Origin: Podarcis vaucheri | Taxonomy: Eukaryota | Length of the DNA stretch: 64,000 bases | Reading direction: 5' to 3' (one strand) | Assembly (NCBI GenBank): GCA_965113315.1 | Contig: OZ220370.1 | Shown: piece by piece, positions 38,355 through 51,847 of the stretch | Numbering within the stretch: position 1 is the stretch's first letter | How the letters are laid out: every line of letters begins with the position of its first letter | Notes under the pieces: model-generated | Databases searched by the model: none | The model's input: only the letters and a program-made list of their open reading frames with translations | What the model was told of the DNA's origin: nothing | Made by a program: the position numbers and the translations under genes

Positions 38355-40078
38355 CTTAAATGGGACAAAATTATTTTTAATTGGAGGAAAAGGTTGGCTA
38401 AACCTATGCTGGACCATATAATTATTTTTTAAAAAATTACACTAAAACAACAAAGATAAAAATATGACATGCAGAACTGATTATTTCCTTATTGTACCAT
38501 CATCTGACAGACCCCTTAAGAATACGTAAATGGATTTTCAGTCTGCTCATTTTGCTTGCTACGCTGCATTCAAAACACAACAATGAAGATCTAAATGTAT
38601 GTGGGAGATAAAACCTAAGTGCTAAAAAACTTACTCTAACCCTTTTTGTGACACCTCTTATCTCACACCACCCATTCCTTCTCCGCTACTCCACATCCAT
38701 AAGGATGGCAACCCAAATCTCCTCTCAAGCTCATAGGGCATAGCAATAACCAAATTGGTTCCTTAGATACAACATTCTATCACCTCGAAACATGATAGCA
38801 TCACATGAGGATCCTAGCAATTCCTCCCCCTGGACTTCTCCAAATAAGATAAAGTGCCTCCCAAATCTTTTGTCCTTTCTCTCATGCCATCTTATTCATG
38901 CTTAGCGTCATATAAACAGCCTCACATTCAGACATCCCCAATTCAATCCCCAAAACTCCCAACCAAAAGATGAGTAATAACCACACCACAATAACTGCTG
39001 TCATACATCTGATACCTAGTGCTCCTGCTCCCTATTACTTCCATGAATTACAAACAGGAAATTTTAAGACACCTACAATGCCAAATGTATAGATGTCTAA
39101 CAAGCAGCTCTCAAGCACTCCCTGAACAACCCCAAAGCATTAAAACCTAAGGGGTCCTTGCCTGGCAGCTGCCCAAGAGCCAAATGGATGTCTGAGTAGA
39201 TCAGAGAAAAGTAGAAAATGGTCTACACACCAGTTAAAGCCACTCCAGTTCTTGGCTGATAGTGAAAGCATTCTGACTTGGGTCACTCATACTCCAACCA
39301 CAATAACATTAAAGTGTAGATTAGTTTCAGTGTGTTGGAAAGACCATTATAAAAAATAAGCAGCTGCATTTATTTTCTCTCTCACCTGGGTACTGCATAC
39401 ATCTGGAATGCTGCAGTTTCAATATTTCATTCAAAACACATGCCATGTGTGAAGACACTTTGGGAATATTTATAAACTTGAAACATTTCAAAGCTGCAGT
39501 ACCTCAAAAGTGCATCTCATATTTCAAGATAAGCCAAAAGAAACGAATAAGCAATTTAGTAGACAGTAAAACCGTAATTTCGGGAAACTAAAAGAAGGGG
39601 AAGTGCAGTGTTTCCAAAGAAAAAAAATCAGTGGGCCAGTTCTGCTTATACGTTATTCACTGCGGCAAATCCCACCACAATTTCTCCCCTAATTTCTATG
39701 CACACCTATTTTGGAGGGAGTGCCAGTGAAAAGAGTAGGACCCTGTTTAAGGTCACACCAAAATGGTTTAGATGTATTAACTTCCAAAATATGCTTATGA
39801 TATGTGAGAAGCAAACTATATGTATGCATATCTACACATAATGCTACCAGTGTTTATGTAGTTCCAAAAAAAAAGGAGGCTCATCTATTGTACTTGTTAA
39901 TTAGATACTTTGCAAAGGGTCAGAAAAAATACACATTTCCACCTAAACAATGAGTGCCTGTCACAGAGACAAAGACAACAATGTAAGTACCATTAATTTA
40001 GGTTAAAGATGCCTCAATCAGGGAGGGTTAAAGGAAAGACTGAACATAAAACAATCTCATAAAATATGTTCTGATTAC

Positions 40079-40267
40079 CTTCACCTTCTTCTTTGATGGA
40101 CTTTGGTTGAGAAACAGCAAAGCACTGCATAGTTTCATATTTCTGATGTGCTTCCTGGTTATCATGGCCTTCTTCTTCAGAATCAGTTAAAGGTTTTACC
40201 AACATTCGGCAGTTAAAGGTATGGCTGTTGCGTCTAGGAGCTTCACCAGACCAAGGTCCTCCATTCA
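40079..40267 (-). CDS. NCOA2: NCOA2 coding exon 5
   Basis: [26 protein letters not shown]...[11 protein letters not shown]; 189 nt. Confidence 0.96.
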
Positions 40268-41683
40268 CTAAGAAAAAGAAATATAATACAGAATGACTAG
40301 GTGCTGGGCAAGATATTCTGTTTGACCATCTTTAAAATATTAAAGGTGATCTAGCTCTTGGGAAGAGGGGGGGTGAAAATCCTGTAAACAGTATTAATAA
40401 TAACCAACAAGGGGGACAAACTAACAAGGCTGATGACTTATAGAGCTCCTTCAAATGTTTTTGTTGCACAGCATACACTTCTTGACCTATGTACTTGCCA
40501 CATAATAAACAAACACTCACTCCATACTTCAAAAGTGCCAGTGCATGCGTTTTCCACATGTCAAGATTATCTCCCCGTAGGGAGAAAAAAAAAACAGTTG
40601 AAGCAGCTTTCTGAAAGCAAGTGGGAGAAAGTGGAATGCCAGGATTTGTTATGTTAATAGCTGTAAAAAAAATAAAATTTTGGAGTTGGAAAGCCCACAA
40701 CAACCTTTGGAGACAAAAAAAAAAAAAAAAAGTTACCGGTACGTTTCCTACAGCCTTTCAACCTTCTATCATAAGAAAGTTGATTTTATTAGAAAGTGGA
40801 TATTGGAAAATTGCTAAAATGAGATTTAATGAAAATCAGTTAGGAAGGATTTGAGGAAGTCATTTAATAATGGAAATTAACTTGGATTTTTACCTGTAAG
40901 AAGTATTGAATGTATGTTTTTCTTTTTTATATGTTTTGTTATTTGTTTGTTATTTTGTGTTTTATTTGTTACAAATTTGGAAAACCAATAAAAAAAAATT
41001 GAAGAAAAGAAAAGAAAGTTGATTCTAGACATAATCTGCACCTAACTTCACTAAGATTTAAAAGAGGAAAAATAGCATGAGAAATCTTGACTACTGAGGT
41101 CATAGCAGGGATGGCTAACCTTTTTTAGGCCAACGGTTACAGTAACCCATGGTCAACCCTCTGAGGCTGTGTGGCAAAGGACGTTTTAGGAACTTGGAGG
41201 ACACATAAAACCTTTTGGCATTACACTGGGGTATCTGTGGGAGAATTATTATTTTTTTAAGTCCTTAATATGTAAAAAAATTGAGGAGCCCCACAAAAAC
41301 TTTTTGGCATCATAGAATCATAGCAGGGGACTCATAAAAACACTCTTTTTTCAAATTAAATAAAAATTATGAATGAGGGGCTAGGGAAGTCACAGAAAAC
41401 TTCAGGTGGTGGGATTTGTGGCCTGTGAGCTAGTTGGCTTATAGTGAGATGAATGATGCAGCTGTCAGTTATTACATGAAGTGATGCATAAAGTCCAAGA
41501 CAAAAGTAATAAATTACAATGTCATTTGAGATGATGATTTAGAGGCTAGAATAGAAGAGGGGGAAACAGCTCAGAACAGAGGTAATGTACACATTATGAT
41601 ATTATGTTACACCAAACTTAAACACTAGCTTAAGCTTAAGAGAGGGGAACCACTAAAATTTATAGGTGTTTGGAGAACTGTAC

Positions 41684-41861
41684 CTAAAGATTTTGGCAGC
41701 AGGTTTCTGACAAATTCATTGTGGTCCCCTACATGCAGGATGCTGTAGACACTTGTGTTCATCAGCTCTTCTTGGTTGTACCTCAGGTACTGTGTCACAT
41801 TCTCCGATACAAACACCACATTACCTTCCAGGTTCACTACGAAGAAGAATCCATCGAGGGC
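41684..41861 (-). CDS. NCOA2: NCOA2 coding exon 4, PAS-A
   Basis: [59 protein letters not shown]; 178 nt. Confidence 0.97.
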
Positions 41862-42495
41862 CTGAAAGGTTAAAAAACAACACATTTTAGTTCGCTGTCG
41901 AGAATCTGCACCAAGATAAAAGCTAAGCTATTATCATCTTCCTTAACTATGAATCATTGCAGAGAGGAAAATAAACTTCATTTGTTAACTATCCTGTTAA
42001 GCCTTCAAGTAGCATACTATCTTTAGTTTCTCTCTTGACTGGGGGTGGGGAGGTGAGAAAGTAGTTCAGCCTCATTAGAATATATCTGAAAATCAATATG
42101 AAGTTTTCATAGAAAAAATGCAGTTGTGTTGCTTAGCAACACCTGCTATACTGATGCAAGCATGACTGAGCGGAAATGCCTAGGAATAACTCAGAACTTT
42201 CCTTTTATTTAATATTATACAGTATAAAAGACAGCAAAAACATGGACTATGCCTGCTTTCTTTAGCTTTACTCTCTAATATAAAATGGTGGAGGAACAAC
42301 ATACATTTACTCTTAGAAAGCAGATTGCTCCAACAATGCATAATAAAAGTGGCAGTGAACGGACAAAAAGGCTTTGTGCACAATCTTTGTTTGACAATCT
42401 TACATAGAGTTGAAATGTGTTTTGTTTTCATTTAGCCGAATCTCATCAGAATAGCTGTTCATTCTAAAGGTTAAAAAAACTTTGTAACACTTCAC

Positions 42496-42599
42496 CTCAA
42501 GCATCATTGGTCCAAGTGCATCCTTGTCAATGACACTCTGACCTGTTGATGATACATCAGCTTTCTGCACTTCATCTTCATTGGCTGCCGCTGCTTTTT
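42496..42599 (-). CDS. NCOA2: NCOA2 coding exon 3
   Basis: [35 protein letters not shown]; AG/GT boundaries; 104 nt. Confidence 0.96.
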
Positions 42600-43059
42600 C
42601 TGCACATAAAAAGGAGGGGACGACGACACAGTCACACTATGAACTGAATAACATAGCAGAGCTGCTTAAGAAGATTATACTTGCCACTAATTATAGTAAA
42701 GAGGCATGGCAAGCCAAGATGGAACTAGTCACAATTGTCAGACCTGTTCAAATGCAACAGTTCCAATTCTTTAACCACGGAAAAGGATATCAGAAGTAAG
42801 CTGCAGGTTTGTGTTCTGTCCCTCAAGGACATCCCTTCCCACATACAAATCTTTCCCAGAAGGCTTCATCATAGATAAGGGTTATGGTGGCATGGATGTT
42901 AACCATGCATAATTTCACAGATATTCGCTCGTATCCAGGATTTAAAACCAGTTCTTTTTGTTAGGTTTTTTGTTTGTTTGTTCTGAGACATGTAACAAGG
43001 ACCAGAAAAAACTCAACATGCCTATTGGGTATGGAACTAAATTATAGGACCTTCACATA

Positions 43060-43285
43060 CAATGACTGCTGTGCGGAGCACATAAAGAAGAAATGCCATG
43101 GTATGCTTGAATCAGCACAACCAGACGCCTTCATCTGCCCCAGCTGCAACAAAAAAGGTCTCTCCCATAGCGGTCTCTACAGCCACAGCAGGCGCTGTAA
43201 CTCTCCAATGGTTTGAATTCACCTTGAAGGTGGGCTCACTCTTCCATTACCTCCCAGGACAGATGTCAACCAACCAACATACAAC
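43060..43285 (+). mobile_element. RTE-clade LINE 3' end (C-terminal Cys/His motif)
   Basis: Translates FICPSCNKKGLSHSGLYSHSRRC then stop and short 3' tail. Confidence 0.6.
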
Positions 43286-44522
43286 TGCAATTACTATTTT
43301 TGTACATCTTTCCTACAATAACAGTACTGAAAAAAATAGACATTGCTCGTGTTTAAAGTCAACATTCTTGCAAGCAAATACTGTCATTTATTTATGAATC
43401 GCCATGGAGCATAGTTCCTGAACCATTACATTTTAAATGAAATTCTGAAGAGAGACCTGAATTGTATTCTATTGAATACATTAATACTTGTAATTTGCTA
43501 GATGAAAGACCGGTGAATCTTTCTTAAAATATTAGTTTTTTGGCCCAGCGTCTACCAGGTAGATTACTAGTTTACTGTTAAAAATCAAATAACTCATTAA
43601 AACAATGATAAAATACCCGATGAGTAGAAAAGAGAACCACTTTAAAAAATAGTCCAAAATTCAGAAGCAAGGCAGCAGAATGAAACTCCCCAGGGAGAAT
43701 TTTCCACTGCTTTGTATCACCACCAAAAAGACAATATTCTGCATTAGCCATTCACAGGAGCCTTGAAAGTTAAAGAAACTGTAACTGAGAAGGGAAGGTT
43801 CATATGTGGGAAGGTGATTTGCCCAGGCAAGGAACAATAGAAACTCACCTATAGCTGTTCAGATCTTCTGAGACCAGAAAGGATTTCTGAAAGAGTGGTC
43901 TTACTGGCCCGAACAGCCATCCCCTCTCGGCCTGATTTTACCAGACCCAGGAGAAAGGACTTCAAAAGAAGCAAATCCATCCCATGCAGAAATCTCATGG
44001 GAAGTTAGTTGGGATGCATAAATTCTATATTTGCTATTTTGATTTAAGTCAACAGAACAAGATGAAGTGGTAAATCCTAAAACATCTTGTAATACTGAAA
44101 TTCTAAAAGGCTATTGCTATTTTGATAAGACCTAAATAAAGGAGTTTAAAAACAAGTTATTTCTATGAAAAGCAAACTACAGCTGCTTAAAATAGATGTG
44201 AGATCCCACACACCATTTTAAGAATAACTGACAAATCAAAGCTTATTAAGACTGTTTTACACTTCCTACATCTGTGGACAACCAGAAGTCCCACACTGAT
44301 GATAATTACTGAATCACATATGTAGCTCAGCTCACACTTGTATAACAACTGTTGCTTAGGAAATGCAATGTTCATTATGAAACTATGCTATACCACACAA
44401 TATACCTTTAGTATATTTCACTAAGTAGATTATGTTTGAATTATGAAAACCAGCCATTTCTATACTTTGGAAGATGTTCAATGTTTCTCCAGTTTGCCAC
44501 TAATTTAATCAGAAACTCAACT

Positions 44523-45043
44523 CAGGGGCAAAAGAAAGCGTTGTGACACCCGGGGTGGCAAACCGCTATGTACAGCTCATGTGTGGAGTTGCAATGCACA
44601 GCGCATGCGCCATATGTAGCGACGCTGTACATGCGCCGCACATAGCGGTTTGCCAGCGGCAGCGCTCCAGCGACGTACGGATGGTGCAGGGATCTGGAGG
44701 ATCCTTCGTTCACGGCTGTAGCGGCGCCGAAGGGATCCTACTGCCGTCTGTACGGCGCTCAAGCGGCGCCAGCGGCAAACCGCTATGTAGATCGCATGTG
44801 CGGCATTGTTACATACAGCGCATGCATGTGACGCTGCACATGTGCTGTACATAGTGGTTTGCCGCTGCCGCCTGGATCCTCTGCTCGCGGCTGCAGTCGC
44901 AGAGGATCCTCCACATGCGGTTGTGGCGGCGCAATGGCTGCTTGCAGCAGTGCGAGCCCCCGCGGGGTGCCTTCTTGTCAGTCTCCCCCAGACATGGCAC
45001 CTGGGGCGCACCACCCGCCCGCCCCCCCGCCCCAACGCCACTA
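44523..45043. mobile_element. GC/CpG-rich non-autonomous DNA element with dimeric multi-hairpin interior
   Basis: Ends caggggc / cgccacta; subterminal cacccgggg / cacctggggcg; internal inverted repeats; no clean TSD. Confidence 0.6.
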
Positions 45044-46775
45044 ACTACAAAAGCATCCTGCCACTTTGTACACTATTTTTAATGAATGCAAGACAGAGCA
45101 GAGAAATAATATGACTGGAAGACATCAGAGTTAAATAAAGAAAGTAGGCACAAATCTATTTAGTTTTATTCCTGTTATTGTATGTACCCAGTAACTCTCC
45201 TTTTAGCCTTGGTGGAAGGAAAAAGCAGGGGCAACTACAGTGATACTGGCATCCATGGCAAATCTGTTAAATCTTTACCTAGTTTGCACGGGTAGCCTAA
45301 AGCAGTATTGGAACTGTAAAGCAAAGAAAAATAAGAGGCACGGATCATTTAAAATATGTAATATTGGGGATTTTTGCAGAAACAGTTCCTGGAATTACTT
45401 GAAATTTACTTTAGACAGGCGTCAGTTTTGTAACATTACATATTCTTAAGTAGTCACAGTACCAGCTGAAAAAAAACCCAAAATGGCACCCGAAACAGCA
45501 TAGTTTCAAATTTGCAAGCATTTTAACAAACCAGTGTTCTGGCAATAAAACAGGAGTTTCAGAAAGATAACAAGCTATAAATATGCCATATGCTGGACCA
45601 GCGTAGTGAAGTGTTTAAAAGTTGCTCCTACCCTTTGTTAACTTTTGGGAAGGTTCTTTTAGTTCTATTATTCAAAGCCCAGACTCTGAAATCTGTGAAA
45701 CTCTCATGGACTGTAATCACATTTCACTATTTCAGTCAGAAGGAAACTGTCAGTTACTCTTTCAAGATTTCACCAGTTTTTCAAAAGAATATATAAAATT
45801 AACTAGCATTCCAATTTTAAAGGCTCAGCAAGCAGGCTGTGCCATCCGTAGACATGTTTGCCTTTTATTTAGAAAAGTAAGAGAGAAAATATCAAGTTCG
45901 GGCTACATTTTACAACAGAGCAGAGGATACATTAGAGCAACAGGCACATTTACTGCTAAAAACCAAGATATTATAGGAAAACATTCATATCACCACAGAA
46001 AGGTTTTAGGAGGTAAAACAAGGGAGAATTATGCATCTGCACTGAACTAAAATTAGAAAAGCTGCCATATGGCTTTGTGAGCCAGCAGCACATTCTTATT
46101 CATTAGGAAGCATTCTGCCAACATAAAAACACAAGGCCCTTCCTGCACTCTCAAAATGTGTTTATCTTTTCAACATTAATGCGTGATATATCATCAGCTT
46201 GCTGAAATCTCCTGCAGTGCATATTTAAAGAGCACAGCTGCACTATTTCCCAGCTTGTTTACTCACTGAGATCAGCCCTAACAGTGAAGAGATTGCTTCA
46301 TTCCCCTCCTAACACACAGCCCCCTTGTCAGCAAATGAGAGCTTCTCACAATCTGCGGGGAGTGACAGCCATTTTAACCAATCCCCTACTACCAATGACA
46401 TCACATTTCCAGCCCTCCCCGCCTCCTTCTCTCCATTTGATGGCTTAGAACAGAAAGCAGACCGTTTTACTTTTATCAGTAGGGATACCGAATTGTGTGA
46501 AGTAGTACAGTACACAAACAGATTAATCTAAAATATTCCTAAAAGCTGAAAGTTTTTTTACCCTAAAAATATGACACTGTCCATGTTTCAAATGCCACAT
46601 TATATGCTTTGCAGAATGTGTCAGAAAAGTTGTTTTCTGCTGTTACAACTGCATGTGTCATATAAGATTATACAAAGGAAATGAAAGAATAATAGAATTT
46701 GTGGTTTTATAATTTGGTGGAAACCGCCCAGATTGGCTGGGGCAGCCCAGTCAGATGTCCAGCATATTTTTTTTA

Positions 46776-46821
<46 letters not shown>
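46776..46821. repeat. (TTA)n microsatellite at an L2 3' tail
   Basis: Direct reading; preceded by ccgcccaga..ggctgggg..cccag..agatg. Confidence 0.9.
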
Positions 46822-46822
<1 letters not shown>

Positions 46823-46954
46823 TGTCTAGTTCTTCTGGCAGGCATTTAAACTCAGTACAAATGATAGTGAGCATTATTTGAAACGTCTCATTCGATTACA
46901 TAAAATTCATTGGTTTAAAACATTGTTTCACTCAGTGTTTTGTCAAGTTAGGGT

Positions 46955-47101
46955 TTCTATGTAGCTCAGTTGGTTAGAGCATGGTACTGATAACACCAAG
47001 ATTGCAGGTTCGATCCCCATACGGGACAGCTGCACATTCTTGCACAGCACAGGGTTGGACTAGATGATCCTTACAGTCCCTTCCAACTCTACAGTTCTGT
47101 G
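46955..47101 (+). mobile_element. tRNA-Ile-derived SINE with CR1 tail
   Basis: A box tagctcagttggttagagc, ctgataac loop, B box ggttcgatccc, then gggttggactagatgatcc..cccttccaactct. Confidence 0.85.
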
Positions 47102-50100
47102 AAATGTTGAATTTAACTGGGAATGAGAATGGGGGCCCTCGTTATCATCAACTATGGTTAGCATCAGTGAAGATATAATACCAAGCCATGGTTGAAGGTG
47201 AAAAGAGAAAGGAAGGAGCACACATTCTGTGGCTGGCTCCAAATTTGCAAACCATAGGTTGCAGGAAATCATTGTTAGAACTGTATGAAACCACTAATCA
47301 TCAGATCTCTGAATAGTTTTAGAAACTGAAGGCATGAATACAAATGTTCCACAGCTAATTAAATATGATTTTTTTTCTCAACATGAACCATGATATAATT
47401 AGACTGTATATGCTGTTTAGTCACATCGTCCATCATGTGTAGTTTTAAAAATATTTCTTTCTTTAGCCTTCAGTCCCTACAAAGTGGAAGAAGTGTGCTT
47501 TATTATTAATTTGCCTAAGGCTACATTTTGGTGTGCAAAGTACAAGGGGGATTTTTTTTGAGTATGTGACCATGAAGTATATCACATTTTTAAAATCTCA
47601 ACTGATAGCCATTTGTCACTCAAGTATGCATGTGAAATGGATCGCAACTCAATGATAAATCACATGTTTTGCAAGCAGAAGGTCTTACGGTACAACACAT
47701 TTATTTCTTGTTTCTCCAGGAATAAAAAAAGCACCCTGAAATGAATGCAACCAAGTTGGGACTGGTTTCTACTGTGCCATTTCTCTATAATAGGATGTGA
47801 CATTTCTTAAAATCAAAAACCTCCATTTTCTACAACATAGCATACTTCCATCTTCATAGATGGCCCTCAATCGTATCAGTCCATATAGAACTCAAAATAT
47901 TTCTCCTAGAAATGGTTGAAAAGTAACTTGCTAAAATAAAATTTACTCTTGCTATTTTCTTGTGCAAATTGATAGGTGAATTGTCTAGTTTCCGGCATCA
48001 CTTCAATGGCAGAACCTTTTAAGAATAAACAGAACGTAAGCTGAACAGAGAAGCTCTTTTAAAACCCAATTTTTCTTCACTTTGCCTCAGAATGCCTGAG
48101 TTGTTTTGAAATGAGCACCACACCATCAAACAGAAAGCTATGAAAATGCTATTTTAATCACCGATGACTAGGGTCATGGTGCTTAAATGACTGGTAGAAG
48201 CTCAGGAGTCATTAAGATTATGTCCCTTTCACTTTGGCTTCACTGGAAGACTTGCTACTCCTTTTACAAAAAGCACAGAAATGCAAGAACAAAAGGAAAG
48301 CAACAATACTGTATGCAGCAGAGCCAACAGAAATAAACACAAGGGAGTCGGACTGAACAGAGTACATAGCATCTTTTGTCAGGCAGCAAAAGGAAGGTCT
48401 CGTAGGCTCTGCCTTCAAGTGTAGCACTGCCTGTACAACAGGGAAGCACTGTCAGTGACAGCTACTATGAACATTTTTATTGCTCAGCACTTTGCTACAT
48501 GTTAAACAAAGGCAACCGGCCAGAACATCCTTGTGAACAGAGACTTAGGAGCCAGTTGTTTGCCCTTGCCAGTGCTTGCTCCCTTGTCCCTCCTTCTCTT
48601 ACAGTTTTTACTTCTGTGAGCTACCAGTGCTCATGCGAGATCGCGGGGTCTTCTGCGCCTACAGCAAGCAATAGCAACAAATAGTACTCTGCACACCTCT
48701 TCCCACATACAGAGCCCTGTGCAGGGACTAGCTGCAGTTTGTTTTGGACTCTGCAAGCTCAGAGGCCCAAATAAAATGACAGCCACTGTACAAGGGCTCC
48801 TCTCACTCCAGGATCGTGTCACAAATGGATGTTTAAGATACAAGGGCAGTTGTGTACGCAGTCCATGTGGTACCGCATTCCATTTATGAATTCAACAGTC
48901 CTGCTCATCAGGATGCAATTACTGTACTACATGCTAGTGGCAACCAACAAACTGAGGCTGAACTGAAATTGTAACTGATTTTCATGCATTACAGCAAAGT
49001 CAGGATGAAGTCAGCATTGAAAGGCTGACCTCATCCTGACTTTGGGCTGCTTCTACAAGGATTAGAACCATGCACAGAGAGAGCTCTAGTTCGCACGGAG
49101 ACCTCACATGGGTCCAAGAGGTTTCCAGGTGGCTCTGAGGGATTTTCCAGCTGATATGACTGGTGCTCCTGTTAAAAGCCCAGGTGAACCTCTGGAACTT
49201 TTGAATGGTTTGGACTGTTGACACAATTGCCGTTAAACGCCCTTTCCCACTTCATGTAGCCTGCTTGGCTCCCTGGTATACAGACAACTCCCAATTTACA
49301 CAGGAGTTACGTTCTGAACCCAGCTGATGTGGGGGGAAGAAGCTCAAAATCTGCAAACCATAGCTTGTAGGCAGCCATTGTTACAGCTGTATGGAATCAC
49401 AAATCCAAATATTTGGCCTACAGAGATGCCATAATCAACATGAAAGAAACTGAACCTTCTCCATTCTTGAGGGACAGCAGAGGGTGTTGTTAAGCAGCAA
49501 ATCAATAGGTCCCTCAGATATAGAAACAAAGCTACATTTATCGTAAACTCAGAGATTGCTTCTAACAAAGGAATTCAGGTATCCAACAAGACAACCAGTG
49601 TCCAAGTTATACAACTCCACCAATGTTAGTAAAGCCACTTATAATTTCACACTTACAACAGCAACATTTCATTTTACCAGTTCCAGAAGAAAAACAGAAA
49701 ATGTGTATTACCAAAATGCAGTTTACATGGTTAAGAAATTAGCAACTTTCAAGGCAAGGAAGCTGTAAAGTCAACCTAACTAGATATTTGACACAAAACC
49801 TTTAGCACAATTTTCTCTCAAAATCATAATTGAGAACTAAAATAAAAAGCCAATCAACCTGAAAGTAGAAAACAAAACCACACTCTCGTATTCAAACATG
49901 GTTTTCTTTCATTCTTTTTTTCTCATGACTGAAGCCCTGAAACTATTTATTTAAAGCAATTACAATCCATTAAAGCCACTTCATGTATGTGCACATTAAG
50001 CATCTGTTCAACATGATATAATAAAATGGACCTAAGTTCTACATACACCAGGTTTGGCAAGATGAGGGCAATTTATGCATTACGTTTTAAACAGTTCCAT

Positions 50101-51798
50101 CCTAAGCATCCATCCCATCGCTTGCTTGCTTGCGATAAGTCCTATTAAACTCACTAGGATTTACCTCAGAGTAAATATGTTTCAGATTGCACTTAGTCAC
50201 TCCAGCAAAAGCTCCTGATAAATACTAAAAGCCCCAAGAAAGGTTGACATGTCTAGTTCTAAGAAACAACAGCACGCTAAAACATGTTAGGTCCTTTGCA
50301 TTCTGGGTCAAAAGCAGACACACAAGTCTTCCCTACATTACATTTTAAGATGGAGAAACACTTCAGTTATACAAGTAGAATAAATGTGCTTCAAAGAAAA
50401 GGAGATAAACAACTCATATAGTTCGGAATTATGAACATGGTTGTTGATCCCATAATTTGGTGAGGCACAGAAACTTCACAGACCCAGAAAGGAGTGGGGA
50501 GGATTTTTTGAAGGATGGGAGATAAACACATTAGCAATTTTTATGTTAGTACCAAAGACATTGCAACTTATAATATTGTTCTTATCTCCATATAAGAGAA
50601 TGAAGTAGCCTGCTGTTTCAAAACTCTGTCAGGATGTAAGACATTGCGCAAAGGCATGCATATATGACATTCCACAAAGAATATGTAACTTAAAAAATAC
50701 CAGACGTAATCCTAGATATTTTGCTCCTTGTAGATCTCAGATTCCTCCTGATAAAGCTGATCAACCCAATATCAAAGTGCTGGTGATAGATGGACTGAGA
50801 AGCTAATAGGGGTGAGTGGGTTAAGATCAATACAAAGGGCACCACTGCCCTGCGAAGTTACTCCATTGCACAACTTGTTATTTTCTGCAGCACCCTTAAG
50901 TTTATTCTGCATGAAGAAAATATTCTCCCAAATAAGGACTTAGCTATACCGCTGCAAATAAAACATTTTAAGTGTGTTGTAAAGTGCAATATACAAATAT
51001 GACACTAGATGGAGACAGTGAGCTATGGGAAATTCAATATATTTTTCAAAACTTTTTTTAAAAAGCATTTTCACAGCATCTTTTATATATGTGTAGATTC
51101 CACCTAAGCCTCTGGTATCCAGGAATGGTTTGTGAAATCATTAGAACCACCAGCACAGCCAAGGGGCATGCTTTGACTACTAAGCGTTTTTTAAAATTGT
51201 GCAAACCAATAATTTCTTGCAATTAATACTCATCTTCTTTTCTTTGTCAAGTTCATATACATCATTAGCACAATGGTTAACATAATTCAGTGCTTGATGT
51301 ATAAGCCTATTTTGAAAATGAAAGCTGACAGTTGTAATGTGAGCATTAACAGCTAGATTGTTCATCACCCTCTTGATAACCAGGCAGTACCCTGCTGCAT
51401 GTTTAACATGCTGATCATTGATCCTCATCAGCAGACTTGGAATTAGTAGGAAAGCAATGGAGTCTGTGACATTTAAAAGTCAGGGAGGCTAGAATGACAA
51501 GTAAACTTGCATTTACAGAGTATGGAGCAGATGATGTACATCTTTCATGGCCTGAGTCAAAACAACGCAAGTAAATACAGAAAATGTATTATTAATTTTC
51601 CAGGCCAGAATTACACGCTGTGATTATAACTGCAACATCAGAGACCTTACTATGCTGTACAGACATGTTTATTCATATTTGTGATGCTTCCAATCTATGT
51701 CAAGCACACAGCATGATAATAAAGAATGGGGGAACTACAGGGCAATCACAACGTACACTGCCTTTGCTTACTTGACTGCAGATTTATACAGACCACCA

Positions 51799-51847
51799 TT
51801 AACTAACTAACTAACTAACTAACTAAATAAATAAATAAATAAATAAA
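51799..51847. repeat. (TAAC)n(TAAA)n compound microsatellite
   Basis: Direct reading. Confidence 0.9.

Noticed and set aside
44522-45114. Several ORFs of 60-154 aa
   Set aside because: By-product of a GC-rich palindromic repeat
46955-47030. tRNA-Ile-like gene
   Set aside because: Acceptor stem is not intact and it runs into a CR1-type tail; a second copy is at 3550. It is a SINE head.
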